From Macrostomum hystrix (taxonomy: Eukaryota; Animalia; Platyhelminthes): a stretch of DNA of 64,000 nt. Below the pieces are notes generated by a model that was not told the origin of the DNA, searched no databases, and worked only from the letters and a program-made list of their open reading frames with translations. Position 1 is the stretch's first letter; the number at the start of each line of letters is the position of its first letter. This document shows positions 33,267 to 45,193 of this stretch, piece by piece. A program made the position numbers and the translations under genes. The stretch spans positions 9,114,001 through 9,178,000 of the forward strand of contig CATNEN010000007.1 in NCBI GenBank assembly GCA_950097015.1. Reading direction: 5' to 3'.

Positions 33267-35608
33267 ATGGACGATATTGTCGGCTGGGTCCGCTCGGGCA
33301 ACGCGGTGCAGGTCCGGCTGTGGCTGGAGAACACCGAGAACGACCTGAACCAGGGCGATGACCATCGGTTCTCCCTGCTACACTGGGCTGCCTGGGACGG
33401 CCAGACGGGCATCGCCGACCTCCTGCTGAGCCGCGGCGCCCGCGTCAACGCCACCAACATGGGCGACGACACGCCGTTGCACATCGCAGCCTCGCGCGGC
33501 CATCACGGCCTCGTCACCCGACTGCTGAAGCAGCGGCCGCCTGTGAATGTTGTCAACGAGCACGGCAACTCGCCGCTGCACTATGCCTGCTTCTTCAACC
33601 ACGAGGAGACGGCCATTGAGCTGGTGAACCAGGGCGGCCTGGTCAGCCTGGAGAACCGATACGGACAGACCCCGCTGGACCTGGCCAGGCCTGGCCTGGT
33701 GCGCCAGCTGCGCCATCTGGCCAGGGAGCTCGGGCAGGTCAGGGGATGCTCTATTTGTTCCTCACTCCCTCCTTGGCCCCCATTTTCTGTTTCTTAACTC
33801 CCTTTCCGTTCCCGCTTATCGCATCTTTTACCGCCTGTCATTTTATATATTCTATCTACTATCCCCTTTTGTCACTTCCCATTTCCCAATATCCCATCCT
33901 CTAATCACACCCTTCCCAATATCCCATCCTTCATCCTCCCACATCCCACACTCCATCCTATAATCCCCAACCTTCACAATATCCATCCCCCAATCAACAC
34001 CCTTCCCAATAGCACCTTCTCCAATGCCCACCACCAATCCCCATTCGCATCCCCCAATTCCCACCCATTCCCATTCGCGCAGCTGTCCCAATCCCCTCCC
34101 TCACTGGCAGGAAGTGGAGATGCGGCAGCCGCACAGCAGCGCCGACCCGCTGGGCGGCCAGACTTGGCGCACCCGGCCCACCAATCCTACGCTGAGCCGG
34201 CAGCCGGGCATCCAGTACGAGCAGCTGAACCTGCGATCTCGCCTGGCCGGCAAGCACGGCACCGAGCTGTGGCGCGGCACCTGGCAGGACCAGGACATTG
34301 TGGCTAGGCTGTTCCGACCCAGGCCGCAGGCGGCCGCCCGCCTTAGGCGCGAGTTTAACGAGCAGCTGCCCCGGCTGCGCATCTTCAACAACACCAACGT
34401 GCTGCCCGTGCTGAGCGCCGTCATCTCCGACCAGCGACTCGTGCTGGTGTCCCAGTTCATGCCCTACGGCTCACTCTTCGACGTGCTGCACTCCGGCCAC
34501 GGTGCGTAACTCCTTTCATGACTCCTCGGTCATTACTCTGAATTATCCCTTGGTTATAACCCTGAATGATCGATGGTCATTACCCTGAATGACTCCTTTG
34601 TCATTACTCTGCATTACCCCTTAGTCATAACCCTAATTGACTCCATGGTCATCATGAGTCAATCATCCCTTGGTCATTACGTTCATGGCTACATTCTCAT
34701 TGCCCTGTAAGATTATTCGGTCATGCCTGAAATTTCACTTCGAGGCAATGGCCTTCAGGCACTCGTCGGCCATTGCATAGAATTATTTGCCCCGTGGCAA
34801 TTTCAATGAAACCTCCATTATCCTGCATGCTTATTTAGTCCTAACCCTTGTGTTCCATTGTCATACGGCTGCGTAAGCTTGCAATTAGGCCTTCTAATCG
34901 ACCTCGTCTAGAATCTTCAGAACATTTTCAACAAGCCATGAACTGGTTCATCCCACTGATTTATCCTCAGTAGCAATTCACTCCCCTTCCTGCTTGAACT
35001 CTGCAGACATCATCATCGACGCCAACAAGGCCATCGGCTTCGCCCTGGACATTGCCAAGGGCATGGACTTTCTCACCAAGCTGGAGACGCCGCTGCATCA
35101 TTTCCAGCTGAACTCCAAGCACGTCATGGTGAGTGTCCGCCTCCCTGTACCAGATTGGACATTCGGGCATCAGCCAGCCGTGCTCAGAAATATCCCAAAT
35201 TTGCACTTTCCTCAGGTGGACGAGGACCTGACCGCCCGCATCAGCCTGGCCGACTGCCGATTCGTGTACCACCAGCGGGCGCAGGAGTACCACCCCTACT
35301 GGATGTCCCCAGAGGCGCTGCAGAAGCAGCCGCAGGACATCAACACGACGGCAGCCTTCATGTGGAGCTTCGGCATCCTGCTCTGGGAGCTGGAGACTCG
35401 CGAGGTGCCGTTCGGCCAGCTGGGACCCATGGAAGCCGGCCTGAAGATCGCTGTCGAGGGCCTCCGCATCTCCTGCTCGGCGCCCGGCTTTTCCAGGCAC
35501 ATCAGCAAGCTCATCCAGCTCGCCACCAACGAGGAGGCTGGCCGACGGCCGCGCTTCGACATGGTGGCGCCAATCTTGCAGAAGATTCTGCGCAAAGCTG
35601 AGGCCTGA
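33267..35608 (+). CDS. ILK: Integrin-linked kinase; exons 33267-33737, 34111-34501, 35007-35128, 35216-35608
   Basis: [41 protein letters not shown] ankyrin repeats. Pseudokinase motifs [33 protein letters not shown]|[10 protein letters not shown] and WMSPEALQK. All junctions are GT-AG and in frame. Confidence 0.97.
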
Positions 35609-35676
35609 GCAGCACCAGGGTCACGGACTTCGGGACACTGCAACACATGTGCTGCCATTCAGCCCTTGACAGGCTG

Positions 35677-38055
35677 CTGAAACCCTCGTGCCTCAGTCAC
35701 CCACCCCAACTGAAACCCTCCCCGCCTCAGTCACCCATCCCAAATGAAACCCTCCCCGCCTCAGCAAGCCACCCCAACTGAAACCTTCCCGCCTCAGTCA
35801 CCCAGCCCAACTGAAACCCTCCCCGCCTCTGTCACCCACCCCAACTGAAACCCTCCCCGCCTCAGTCACCCATCCCAACTGAAACCCTCCCCGCCTCAGC
35901 AAGCCACCCCAACTGAAACCTTCCCGCCTCAGTCACCCAGCCCAACTGAAACCCTCCCCGCCTCTGTCACCCACCCCAACTGAAACCCTCCCCGCCTCAG
36001 TCACCCACCCCAACTGAAACCCTCCCCGCCTCAGCAAGCCACCCCAACTGAAACCTCCCCGCCTCAGTCACCCATCCCAACTGAAACCCTCCCCGCCTCA
36101 GTCACCCATCCCAACTGAAACCCTCCCCGCATCAGCAAGCCACCCCAACTGAAACCTTCCCGCCTCAGTCACCCAGCCCAACTGAAACCCGCCCCGCCTC
36201 AGCAAGCCACCCCAACTGAAACCTTCCCGCCTCAGTCACCCAGCCCAACTGAAACCCTCCCCGCCTCTGTCACCCACCCCAACTGAAACCCTCCCCGCCT
36301 CAGTCACCCATCCCAACTGAAACCCTCCCCGCCTCAGCAAGCCACCCCAACTGAAACCTTCCCGCCTCAGTCACCCAGCCCAACTGAAACCCTCCCCGCC
36401 TCTGTCACCCACCCCAACTGAAACCTCCCCGCCTCTATCACCCAGCCCAACTGAAACCCTCCCCGCCTCTGTCACCCACCCCAACTGAAACCCTCCCCGC
36501 CTCAGTCACCCATCCCAACTGAAACCCTCCCCGCCTCTGTCACCCACCCCAACTGAAACCTCCCCGCCTCAGTCACCCATCCCAACTGAAACCCTCCCCG
36601 CCTCTGTCACCCACCCCAACTGAAACCTTCCCGCCTCAGTCACCCAGCCCAACTGAAACCCTCCCCGCCTCTGTCACCCACCCCAACTGAAACCCTCCCC
36701 GCCTCTATCACCCAGCCCAACTGAAACCCTCCCCGCCTCTGTCACCCACCCCAACTGAAACCCTCCCCGCCTCAGTCACCCATCCCAACTGAAACCCTCC
36801 CCGCCTCTGTCACCCACCCCAACTGAAACCTCCCCGCCTCAGTCACCCATCCCAACTGAAACCCTCCCCGCCTCAGTCACCCATCCCAACTGAAACCCTC
36901 CCCGCCTCAGCAAGCCACCCCAACTGAAACCTCCCCGCCTAAGTCACCCATCCCAAATGAAACCCTCCCCGCCTCAGCAAGCCACCCCAACTGAAACCTT
37001 CCCGCCTCAGTCACCCAGCCCAACTGAAACCCTCCCCGCCTCTGTCACCCACCCCAACTGAAACCCTCCCCGCCTCAGTCACCCATCCCAACTGAAACCC
37101 TCCCCGCCTCAGCAAGCCACCCCAACTGAAACCTTCCCGCCTCAGTCACCCAGCCCAACTGAAACCCTCCCCGCCTCTGTCACCCACCCCAACTGAAACC
37201 CTCCCCGCCTCAGTCACCCAGCCCAACTGAAACCCTCCCCGCCTCTGTCACCCATCCCAACTGAAACCCTCCCCGCCTCAGCAAGCCACCCTAACTGAAA
37301 CCTTCCTGTCTCAGTCACCCACCCCAACTGAAACCCTCCCCGCCTCTGTCAGCCACCCCAACTGAAACCCTCCCCGCCTCAGTCACCCACCCCAACTGAA
37401 ACCCTCCCCGCCTCTGTCACCCACCCCAACTGAAACCCTCCCCGCCTCTGTCACCCACCCCAACTGAAACCTTCCCCGCCACAGCCAGCCCAACTGAAAC
37501 CTTCCCGCCTCAGTCACCCAGCCCAACTGAAACCCTCCCCGCCTCTGTCACCCACCCCAACTGAAACCCTCCCCGCCTCAGTCACCCATCCCAACTGAAA
37601 CCCTCCCCGCCTCAGCAAGCCACCCCAACTGAAACCCTCCCCGCCTCTGTCACCCATCCCAACTGAAACCCTCCCCGCCTCAGTCACCCATCCCAACTGA
37701 AACCCTCCCCGCCTCAGCAAGCCACCCTAACTGAAACCCTCCTGTCTCAGTCACCCACCCCAACTGAAACCCTCCCCGCCTCTGTCACCCACCCCAACTG
37801 AAACCCTCCCCGCCTCTGTCACCCACCCCAACTGAAACCTTCCCCGCTTCTGTCACCCACCCCAACTGAAACCCTCCCCGCCTCTGTCACCCACCCCAAC
37901 TGAAACCCTCCCCGCCTCTGTCACCCACCCCAACTGAAACCTTCCCCGCCTCTGTCACCCACCCCAACTGAAACCTTCCCCGCCTCTGTCACCCACCCCA
38001 ACTGAAACCCTCCCCGCCTCAGTCACCCACCCCAACTGAAACCCTCCCCGCCACA
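35677..38055. repeat. 33-34-bp C-rich minisatellite (CAACTGAAACCCTCCCCGCCTCAGTCACCCACCC)n
   Basis: About 70 variant units starting ~70 bp after the ILK stop. Confidence 0.96.
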
Positions 38056-38847
38056 GCCAGCCAGCCAGCCAACTTTACTGTGTTGTATTCGTAAATGTAT
38101 ATTGAATATTTCGCCTTCCTTGAATTCGGATAGTTTTCACACAAATCAAGTTTCTAGTTTATTAGTTTTATGTTACTGCGGCTCGTACTATATTTTTGTT
38201 GCACTAGCCTATTGATTAGCCTATTGTTAGTCTTTGATAGGCTTTGTGCGTTAATGTGTGCACTTTTTAGCTTTTCGAATCCCTCATTAAGGTTTGCTAT
38301 TGATTATGGTTGAAATTGTAGACCAGCGCGACCTGTCCCTTCCAACCTGCGTATTCATTTAACTTGACTGTCTGAAATTAATTCAATTCTTATTTACCGC
38401 ACTTTACTGCTATTCCCGCTAACGTGTCTTATTGCAGTAATTCGCAGACCAATGCTGCTAACGCTTGTTTGTGCTACTTTTAGTAGAATGCTTTTAGCGG
38501 CTTGTCTGCTTTATTCGTGTTTTTAAAGCATTTTTTAATTGACTCTGCTTGCGTTAGGCGCTTCTGTTAGTTTTTTGTTGTATTTTTTTTCTGCCGATGA
38601 GAAACATGAACGCACTCTAGGCACTGCTATCTGTACTAGCTATAATAACTCGTGCTAATGTGTTTCTATGCAACTGCTTGCATATGAGTTCCCTGAATTC
38701 TGATGAAAATCTGATTAAAAAAGCGCATGCTGACTATTGATACGAAAACTATATATATTAGTGATACACAAGACCTACTTAGAAATGTTACTTTTTGTTT
38801 AACAACAAAATAACTTTTAAAAATACCTTTCTTCTTTTTTTTATCTT

Positions 38848-40868
38848 GCTCAGCACAGTGTGAGTAGCTCAGCACAGTTTGAGTATCAACAGTCATCAGT
38901 GAGTAGCTCAGCACAGTTTGAGTATCAACAGTCATCAGTGAGTAGCTCAGCACAGTTTGAGTATCAACAGTCATCAGTGAGTAGCTCAGCACAGTTTGAG
39001 AATCAACAGTCATCAGTGAGTAGCACAGCACAGTTTGAGTATCAACAGTCATCAGTGAGTAGCACAGCGCAGTTTGAGAATCAACAGTCATCAGTGAGTA
39101 GCTCAGCACAGTTTGAGTATCAACAGTCATCAGTGAGTAGCTCAGCACAGTTTGAGAATCAACAGTCATCAGTGAGTAGCACAGCACAGTTTGAGTATCA
39201 ACAGTCATCAGTGAGTAGCTCAGCACAGTTTGAGTATCAACAGTCATCAGTGAGTAGCTCAGCACAGTTTGAGCATCAACAGTCATCAGTGAGTAGCTCA
39301 GCACAGTTTGAGCATCAACAGTCATCAGTGAGTAGCACAGCACAGTTTGAGTATCAACAGTCATCAGTGAGTAGCTCAGCACAGTTTGAGTATCAACAGT
39401 CATCAGTGAGTAGCTCAGCACAGTTTGAGTATCAACAGTCATCAGTGAGTAGCACAGCACAGTTTGAGTATCAACAGTCATCAGTGAGTAGCTCAGCACA
39501 GTTTGAGTATCAACAGTCATCAGTGAGTAGCTCAGCACAGTTTGAGTATCAACAGTCATCAGTGAGTAGCTCAGCACAGCTTGAGTATCAACAGTCATCA
39601 GTGAGTAGCTCAGCACAGTTTGAGCATCAACAGTCATCAGTGAGTAGCACAGCACAGTTTGAGTATCAACAGTCATCAGTGAGTAGCTCAGCACAGTTTG
39701 AGTATCAACAGTCATCAGTGAGTAGCTCAGCACAGTTTGAGCATCAACAGTCATCAGTGAGTAGCACAGCACAGTTTGAGTATCAACAGTCATCAGTGAG
39801 TAGCTCAGCACAGTTTGAGTATCAACAGTCATCAGTGAGTAGCTCAGCACAGTTTGAGTATCAACAGTCATCAGTGAGTAGCTCAGCACAGTTTGAGTAT
39901 CAACAGTCATCAGTGAGTAGCTCAGCACAGTTTGAGTATCAACAGTCATCAGTGAGTAGCTCAGCACAGTTTGAGTATCAACAGTCATCAGTGAGTAGCT
40001 CAGCACAGTTTGAGCATCAACAGTCATCAGTGAGTAGCTCAGCACAGTTTGAGTATCAACAGTCATCAGTGAGTAGCTCAGCACAGTTTGAGTATCAACA
40101 GTCATCAGTGAGTAGCTCAGCACAGTTTGAGCATCAACAGTCATCAGTGAGTAGCACAGCACAGTTTGAGTATCAACAGTCATCAGTGAGTAGCACAGCA
40201 CAGTTTGAGTATCAACAGTCATCAGTGAGTAGCACAGCACAGTTTGAGTATCAACAGTCATCAGTGAGTAGCACAGCACAGTTTGAGAATCAACAGTCAT
40301 CAGTGAGTAGCTCAGCACAGTTTGAGTATCAACAGTCATCAGTGAGTAGCACAACACAGTTTGAGTATCAACAGTCATCAGTGAGTAGCTCAGCACAGTT
40401 TGAGTATCAACAGTCATCAGTGAGTAGCTCAGCACAGTTTGAGTATCAACAGTCATCAGTGAGTAGCTCAGCACAGTTTGAGTATCAACAGTCATCAGTG
40501 AGTAGCTCAGCACAGTTTGAGCATCAACAGTCATCAGTGAGTAGCACAGCACAGTTTGAGTATCAACAGTCATCAGTGAGTAGCTCAGCACAGTTTGAGT
40601 ATCAACAGTCATCAGTGAGTAGCTCAGCACAGTTTGAGTATCAACAGTCATCAGTGAGTAGCACAGCACAGTTTGAGCATCAACAGTCATCAGTGAGTAG
40701 CTCAGCACAGTTTGAGTATCAACAGTCATCAGTGAGTAGCTCAGCACAGTTTGAGCATCAACAGTCATCAGTGAGTAGCACAGCACAGTTTGAGTATCAA
40801 CAGTCATCAGTGAGTAGCTCAGCACAGTTTGAGCATCAACAGTCATCAGTGAGTAGCATAGCACAGTG
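38848..40868. repeat. 39-bp minisatellite (GTGAGTAGCTCAGCACAGTTTGAGTATCAACAGTCATCA)n
   Basis: About 51 units. Confidence 0.97.
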
Positions 40869-41934
40869 AATGGCTCAGAGAAGCGGTTAAGTAGCAATGG
40901 TAATGAGTAAACAAAATGCCGATATGAGTGCAAAGCATTGGATAAAAAGTTGAAATCAGAAATTCACTAGCAGCCACCACAGAGATCGTGCCGCTCGCAA
41001 GATTCCTGGAATGGTTCCCAAAAAATATCTCGAAGCCCTGAGAATCTGCGCTTTTTTTCGTTGCTTTCTGATAGAAGACGCACCGATAGCTCTCGGCCTG
41101 CTCTCAGCGCGTGACGAGCGGTTAATCCCGCTGATCATGCGCGCCAGTCGTGGGCCAGATTAGTGCGCTCGACCTGCTGAAGGATTTAAAGCGTTTTAAT
41201 TAACTTAATAACAGATGGAGGAAGGGGCGGCTGTACAAATGGCGGGCAAATAAGGACTGTGAAAGTCTCGACTTGACTTTGAACCATCTCCCGAAATTTA
41301 GTTGTCTTTCGGTGTCTTGAGTAATTATGCTTAAAAAATTACCGTGATTGGAGAATATTTAGTGTTGACGAGGTGTTTGGCTAAGTCTGATAAAATAGTT
41401 AAGGAGTGAATCTGGAGAAATAAACAGAGTATAGTACAACCGGGATCAGCTAAAGGTGAAAAATTGATTGGGATGTAGAGTAGGAATACATTCTGAATGG
41501 GAACAGGTGGTACTGATTCGATGAGGCAGTAAAACTGCTGCAGCAGCAGCTGGCCCGCAGCAATGTCAGCGAAGCCATACCTGAAAAGCGCATTAGTGAG
41601 AAGCAGAAAAAACCATCAATGCAAAATTTCGGATTCCTTCAGCCAGAAGTTGAGCACAAACCCAACCAGTGCGTGACTGCTTCGGACTACTCATGATTAT
41701 GCACCACTATTAATTATGCATTGCTTGCCTGAGACTGATCTGATAGATAGTTTATCTCTGGTACCGCATCTAGCTCTAGTCTTTGTGAACCTAGATTCCT
41801 GAGTACTGGCTTCTTCCATTCTATGGTATATGCTTGTTTATTGGCCTCTCCGTTTGCTGAGTAGGTCTCAGATTGATTTAAGTCCTCAGGGTGGGTTCGA
41901 GTGTCCCTAAGATCATCATTGTTGAGTCACAATT

Positions 41935-42211
41935 TCCCTCAGATCCTCAGGATAGGTTTTAATGTCCCTCAGATCCTCAGGATAGGTTTTAATGTCCCTC
42001 AGATCCTCAGCATAGGTCTTAGTGTCCCTCAGATCCTCTGGATAGGTTTTAATGTCCCTCAGATCCTCTGGATAGGTTTTAATGTCCCTCAGATCCTCTG
42101 GATAGGTTTTAATGTCCCTCAGATCCTCTGGATAGGTTTTAATGTCCCTCAGATCCTCAGCATAGGTCCTAATATCACTCAGATCCTCTGGATAGGTTTT
42201 AATGTCCCTCA
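41935..42211. repeat. 30-bp minisatellite (AGATCCTCTGGATAGGTTTTAATGTCCCTC)n
   Basis: About 9 units. Confidence 0.95.
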
Positions 42212-42454
42212 CATTAAATGCACCTCATGAGTGACACAGAAACACAGAAATACAGAACTAAACATTAGCAAGTCATTGTTCATTTTAACTTGGATGTTTC
42301 CTAATCGAAGCTAAAAGTAAGCTAATAAAAGCTCAGATTATTGTTTATTGGGATTATCAATAAGCGATTAGTAATTCATTATGGCAAGTGCACGAAGCGC
42401 TGTTCAAATTTTTGTGAGAGATAAGACGGTTAGAATGTACATCAGTTAGACTGT

Positions 42455-43737
42455 CACTGGTTGCCCCTCAGTCACCCCAGGCTGCACCGGTTGCCCCACA
42501 GTCACCCCAGGCTGCACCGGTTGCCCCACAGTCACCCCAGGCTGCACTGGTTGCCCCTCAGTCACCCCAGGCTGCACCGGTTGCCCCTCAGTCACCCCAG
42601 GCTGCACCGGTTGCCCCACAGTCACCCCAGGCTGCACCGGTTGCCCCACAGTCACCCCAGGCTGCACCGGTTGCCCCTCAGTCACCCCAGGCTGCACCGG
42701 TTGCCCCTCAGTCACCCCAGGCTGCACTGGTTGCCCCACAGTCACCCCAGGCTGCACTGGTTGCCCCACAGTCACCCCAGGCTGCACCGGTTGCCCCTCA
42801 GTCACCTCAGGCTGCACCGGTTGCCCCACAGTCACCCCAGGCTGCACTGGTTGCCCCACAGTCACCCCAGGCTGCACTGGTTGCCCCACAGTCACCCCAG
42901 GCTGCACCGGTTGCCCCTCAGTCACCTCAGGCTGCACCGGTTGCCCCTCAGTCACCCCAGGCTGCACCGGTTGCCCCACAGTCACCCCAGGCTGCACCGG
43001 TTGCCCCTCAGTCACCCCAGGCTGCACCGGTTGCCCTACAGTCACCCCAGGCTGCACCGGTTGCCCCACAGTCACCCCAGGCTGCACTGGTTGCCCCACA
43101 GTCACCCCAGGCTGCACTGGTTGCCCCACAGTCACCCCAGGCTGCACTGGTTGCCCCACAGTCACCCCAGGCTGCACCGGTTGCCCCACAGTCACCCCAG
43201 GCTGCGCTGGTTGCCCCACAGTCACCCCAGGCTGCACTGGTTGCCCCACAGTCACCCCAGGCTGCACCGGTTGCCCCACAGTCACCCCAGGCTGCACCGG
43301 TTGCCCCTCAGTCACCCCAGGCTGCACCGGTTGCCCCACAGTCATCCCAGGCTGCACCGGTTGCCCCACAGTCACCCCAGGCTGCACCGGTTGCCCCTCA
43401 GTCACCCCAGGCTGCACCGGTTGCCCCAAAGTCACCCCAGGCTGCACCGGTTGCCCCTCAGTCACCCCAGGCTGCACCGGTTGCCCCACAGTCACCCCAG
43501 GCTGCACTGGTTGCCCCACAGTCACCCCAGGCTGCACCGGTTGCCCCACAGTCACCCCAGGCTGCACTGGTTGCCCCACAGTCACACCTCCTCAGTCAAA
43601 CCAGGCTGCACTGGTTGCCCCTCAGTCACCCTAGGCTGCACTGGTTGTCCTCAGTCACACCAGGCTGCACTGGTTGCTCCTCAGTCACATCAGGCTGCAC
43701 TGGTTGCTCCTCAGTCACATCAGGCTGCACTGGTTGC
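42455..43737. repeat. 30-bp minisatellite (GCTGCACCGGTTGCCCCACAGTCACCCCAG)n overlapping the RASL10 stop codon
   Basis: About 42 units; the terminal unit is the RASL10 coding end. Confidence 0.96.
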
Positions 43738-44473
43738 GTCGCAGCACCGCCTGCACGCGAGCTGTTGCCGGCTTGTGCCCGGAAGCCTCTCGCAGCTGTT
43801 GCTGCTCCACCGTCTTCAGCAGGTCCCGGAAGGCGGCCTGCACTCGCCAGTTGTACTTGGCTGAGCACTCGGCGAACTGGCACTTCCACTGCTTGCGCAC
43901 TGCCGCCGCGGCCTCCTTGCCTGCGGCGCGGCCGGCCACGAGGTCCAGCTTGTTGGCCACGACCAGCACGGGTGCCTCGGGCCGCTGCTCCCGGATGCCC
44001 TGCCGGAGGCGGCGCGCGTGCCTGAAGCTGGCCTCGTTGGTGACGTCATAGACGAGGATGTAGGCGGTGGCGCTGCGCAGACCGTAGCCGCGGCATATCG
44101 CGAATTCCTGCAGGGAGTCGGCGGGGTAGCGACTGACCGGCGGGCAGTCGATGAGGCGAGTCTCGAGCGAGCGGTCGTTCAGCTGGATCGACGGCCGATG
44201 CACCGACGGCCGCAACGTCGGCTCGTAGGCGTCCGGACAGGCGCAGCGAACGAACTGCTCGACCAAGCAGGTCTTGCCCACCGCTCTGGCGCCTAGAATC
44301 ACAATGCGCACCTGCTGCTGCTGCTGCGAGGCCGCATTGTTAACAGCTGCGGCAGCGGTTGTTGAGCTGCCACTGCCGCTGCCTGCGCTGCCAGCACCGC
44401 CGCCAACGCAGCTGGCGCTGATGCCAAAGATGCCGCTCCCGTTTGCACCAGCTGCGCTGCCACTTCTTAGCAT
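43715..44473 (-). CDS. RASL10: Ras-like family member 10 small GTPase, 252 aa
   Basis: GARAVGKT, DCPP (replaces DTAG), GLRSATAYILVYD, NKLD, VRKQWKC..ECSAKYNW and LRRNQCSLM CaaX are characteristic of RASL10. Confidence 0.93.
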   Translation of the reverse strand: MLRSGSAAGANGSGIFGISASCVGGGAGSAGSGSGSSTTAAAAVNNAASQQQQQVRIVILGARAVGKTCLVEQFVRCACPDAYEPTLRPSVHRPSIQLNDRSLETRLIDCPPVSRYPADSLQEFAICRGYGLRSATAYILVYDVTNEASFRHARRLRQGIREQRPEAPVLVVANKLDLVAGRAAGKEAAAAVRKQWKCQFAECSAKYNWRVQAAFRDLLKTVEQQQLREASGHKPATARVQAVLRRNQCSLM

Positions 44474-45193
44474 GCCTGCCTTCTGCCTGCAAGATTTGTT
44501 ATAATTTTCCAGATTTCTCCTCTTTTGAATCTGGAGAGTCTGCCAGTCTCTGGGCCAATCGGTGATTCCACCAATCCCGGAAGGCCGGCAGCCCCGGACA
44601 ATGGTCTCCGTGTTTGGTGAAGTTCACAGAGTTCATATCAAAGGAACATTTCTTCGGGCTCTCCGTGACAGCCACCAAAAGTGCTTTTCAGTTAGAATTA
44701 AGCGCGGTGCCAAGTGGGTTGTAGATTTCCCATGCCTGACACCTGCTTGGCCTGGGGGACTATTTTTCGTATGAATTTCCCAGACACAAATTTTCACCTC
44801 CCTGCAAGCACAGCTTAAATCCGCAACTTGCACCTGGCTAAAATGCACAGCCTCACAGATTTCTCTCCAAGCCTACTCAATCTCTGCTCAAGCTAGAGTC
44901 CTTTTTCTTAAAATCCTAGCATGTCCGATTGAAGCTCACCTCTCTAAGGTATTAGCCAAAAAACAGGAAGGGGATTTTGTGAGAAGACTGAGGAAAAAGG
45001 AGCTTAGCACGGGACATTTCGAGTCTTTGGGCTGGGATTTTCGAGTGAAAAAAACCTTCAGGGACGACAGAACTCGCAGCTCAGCGCTCTATTGGGATTT
45101 GAGAAAATGAGAGACAAGAAATTTATTTTAGGATAGCTTTTTCAACCAAGGCACAATTGAAATGAGATGACATTGGATGGTGGTGCATTGCAA

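Noticed and set aside
38666-40933. 755-aa and 669-aa ORFs
   Set aside because: Translations of a 39-bp satellite; near-identical at DNA level with no unique domain or credible start context.
42446-43864. (TVGQPVQPGV)n and (HPRLHRLPHS)n ORFs
   Set aside because: Products of the 30-bp array downstream of the RASL10 stop; no independent evidence of coding.
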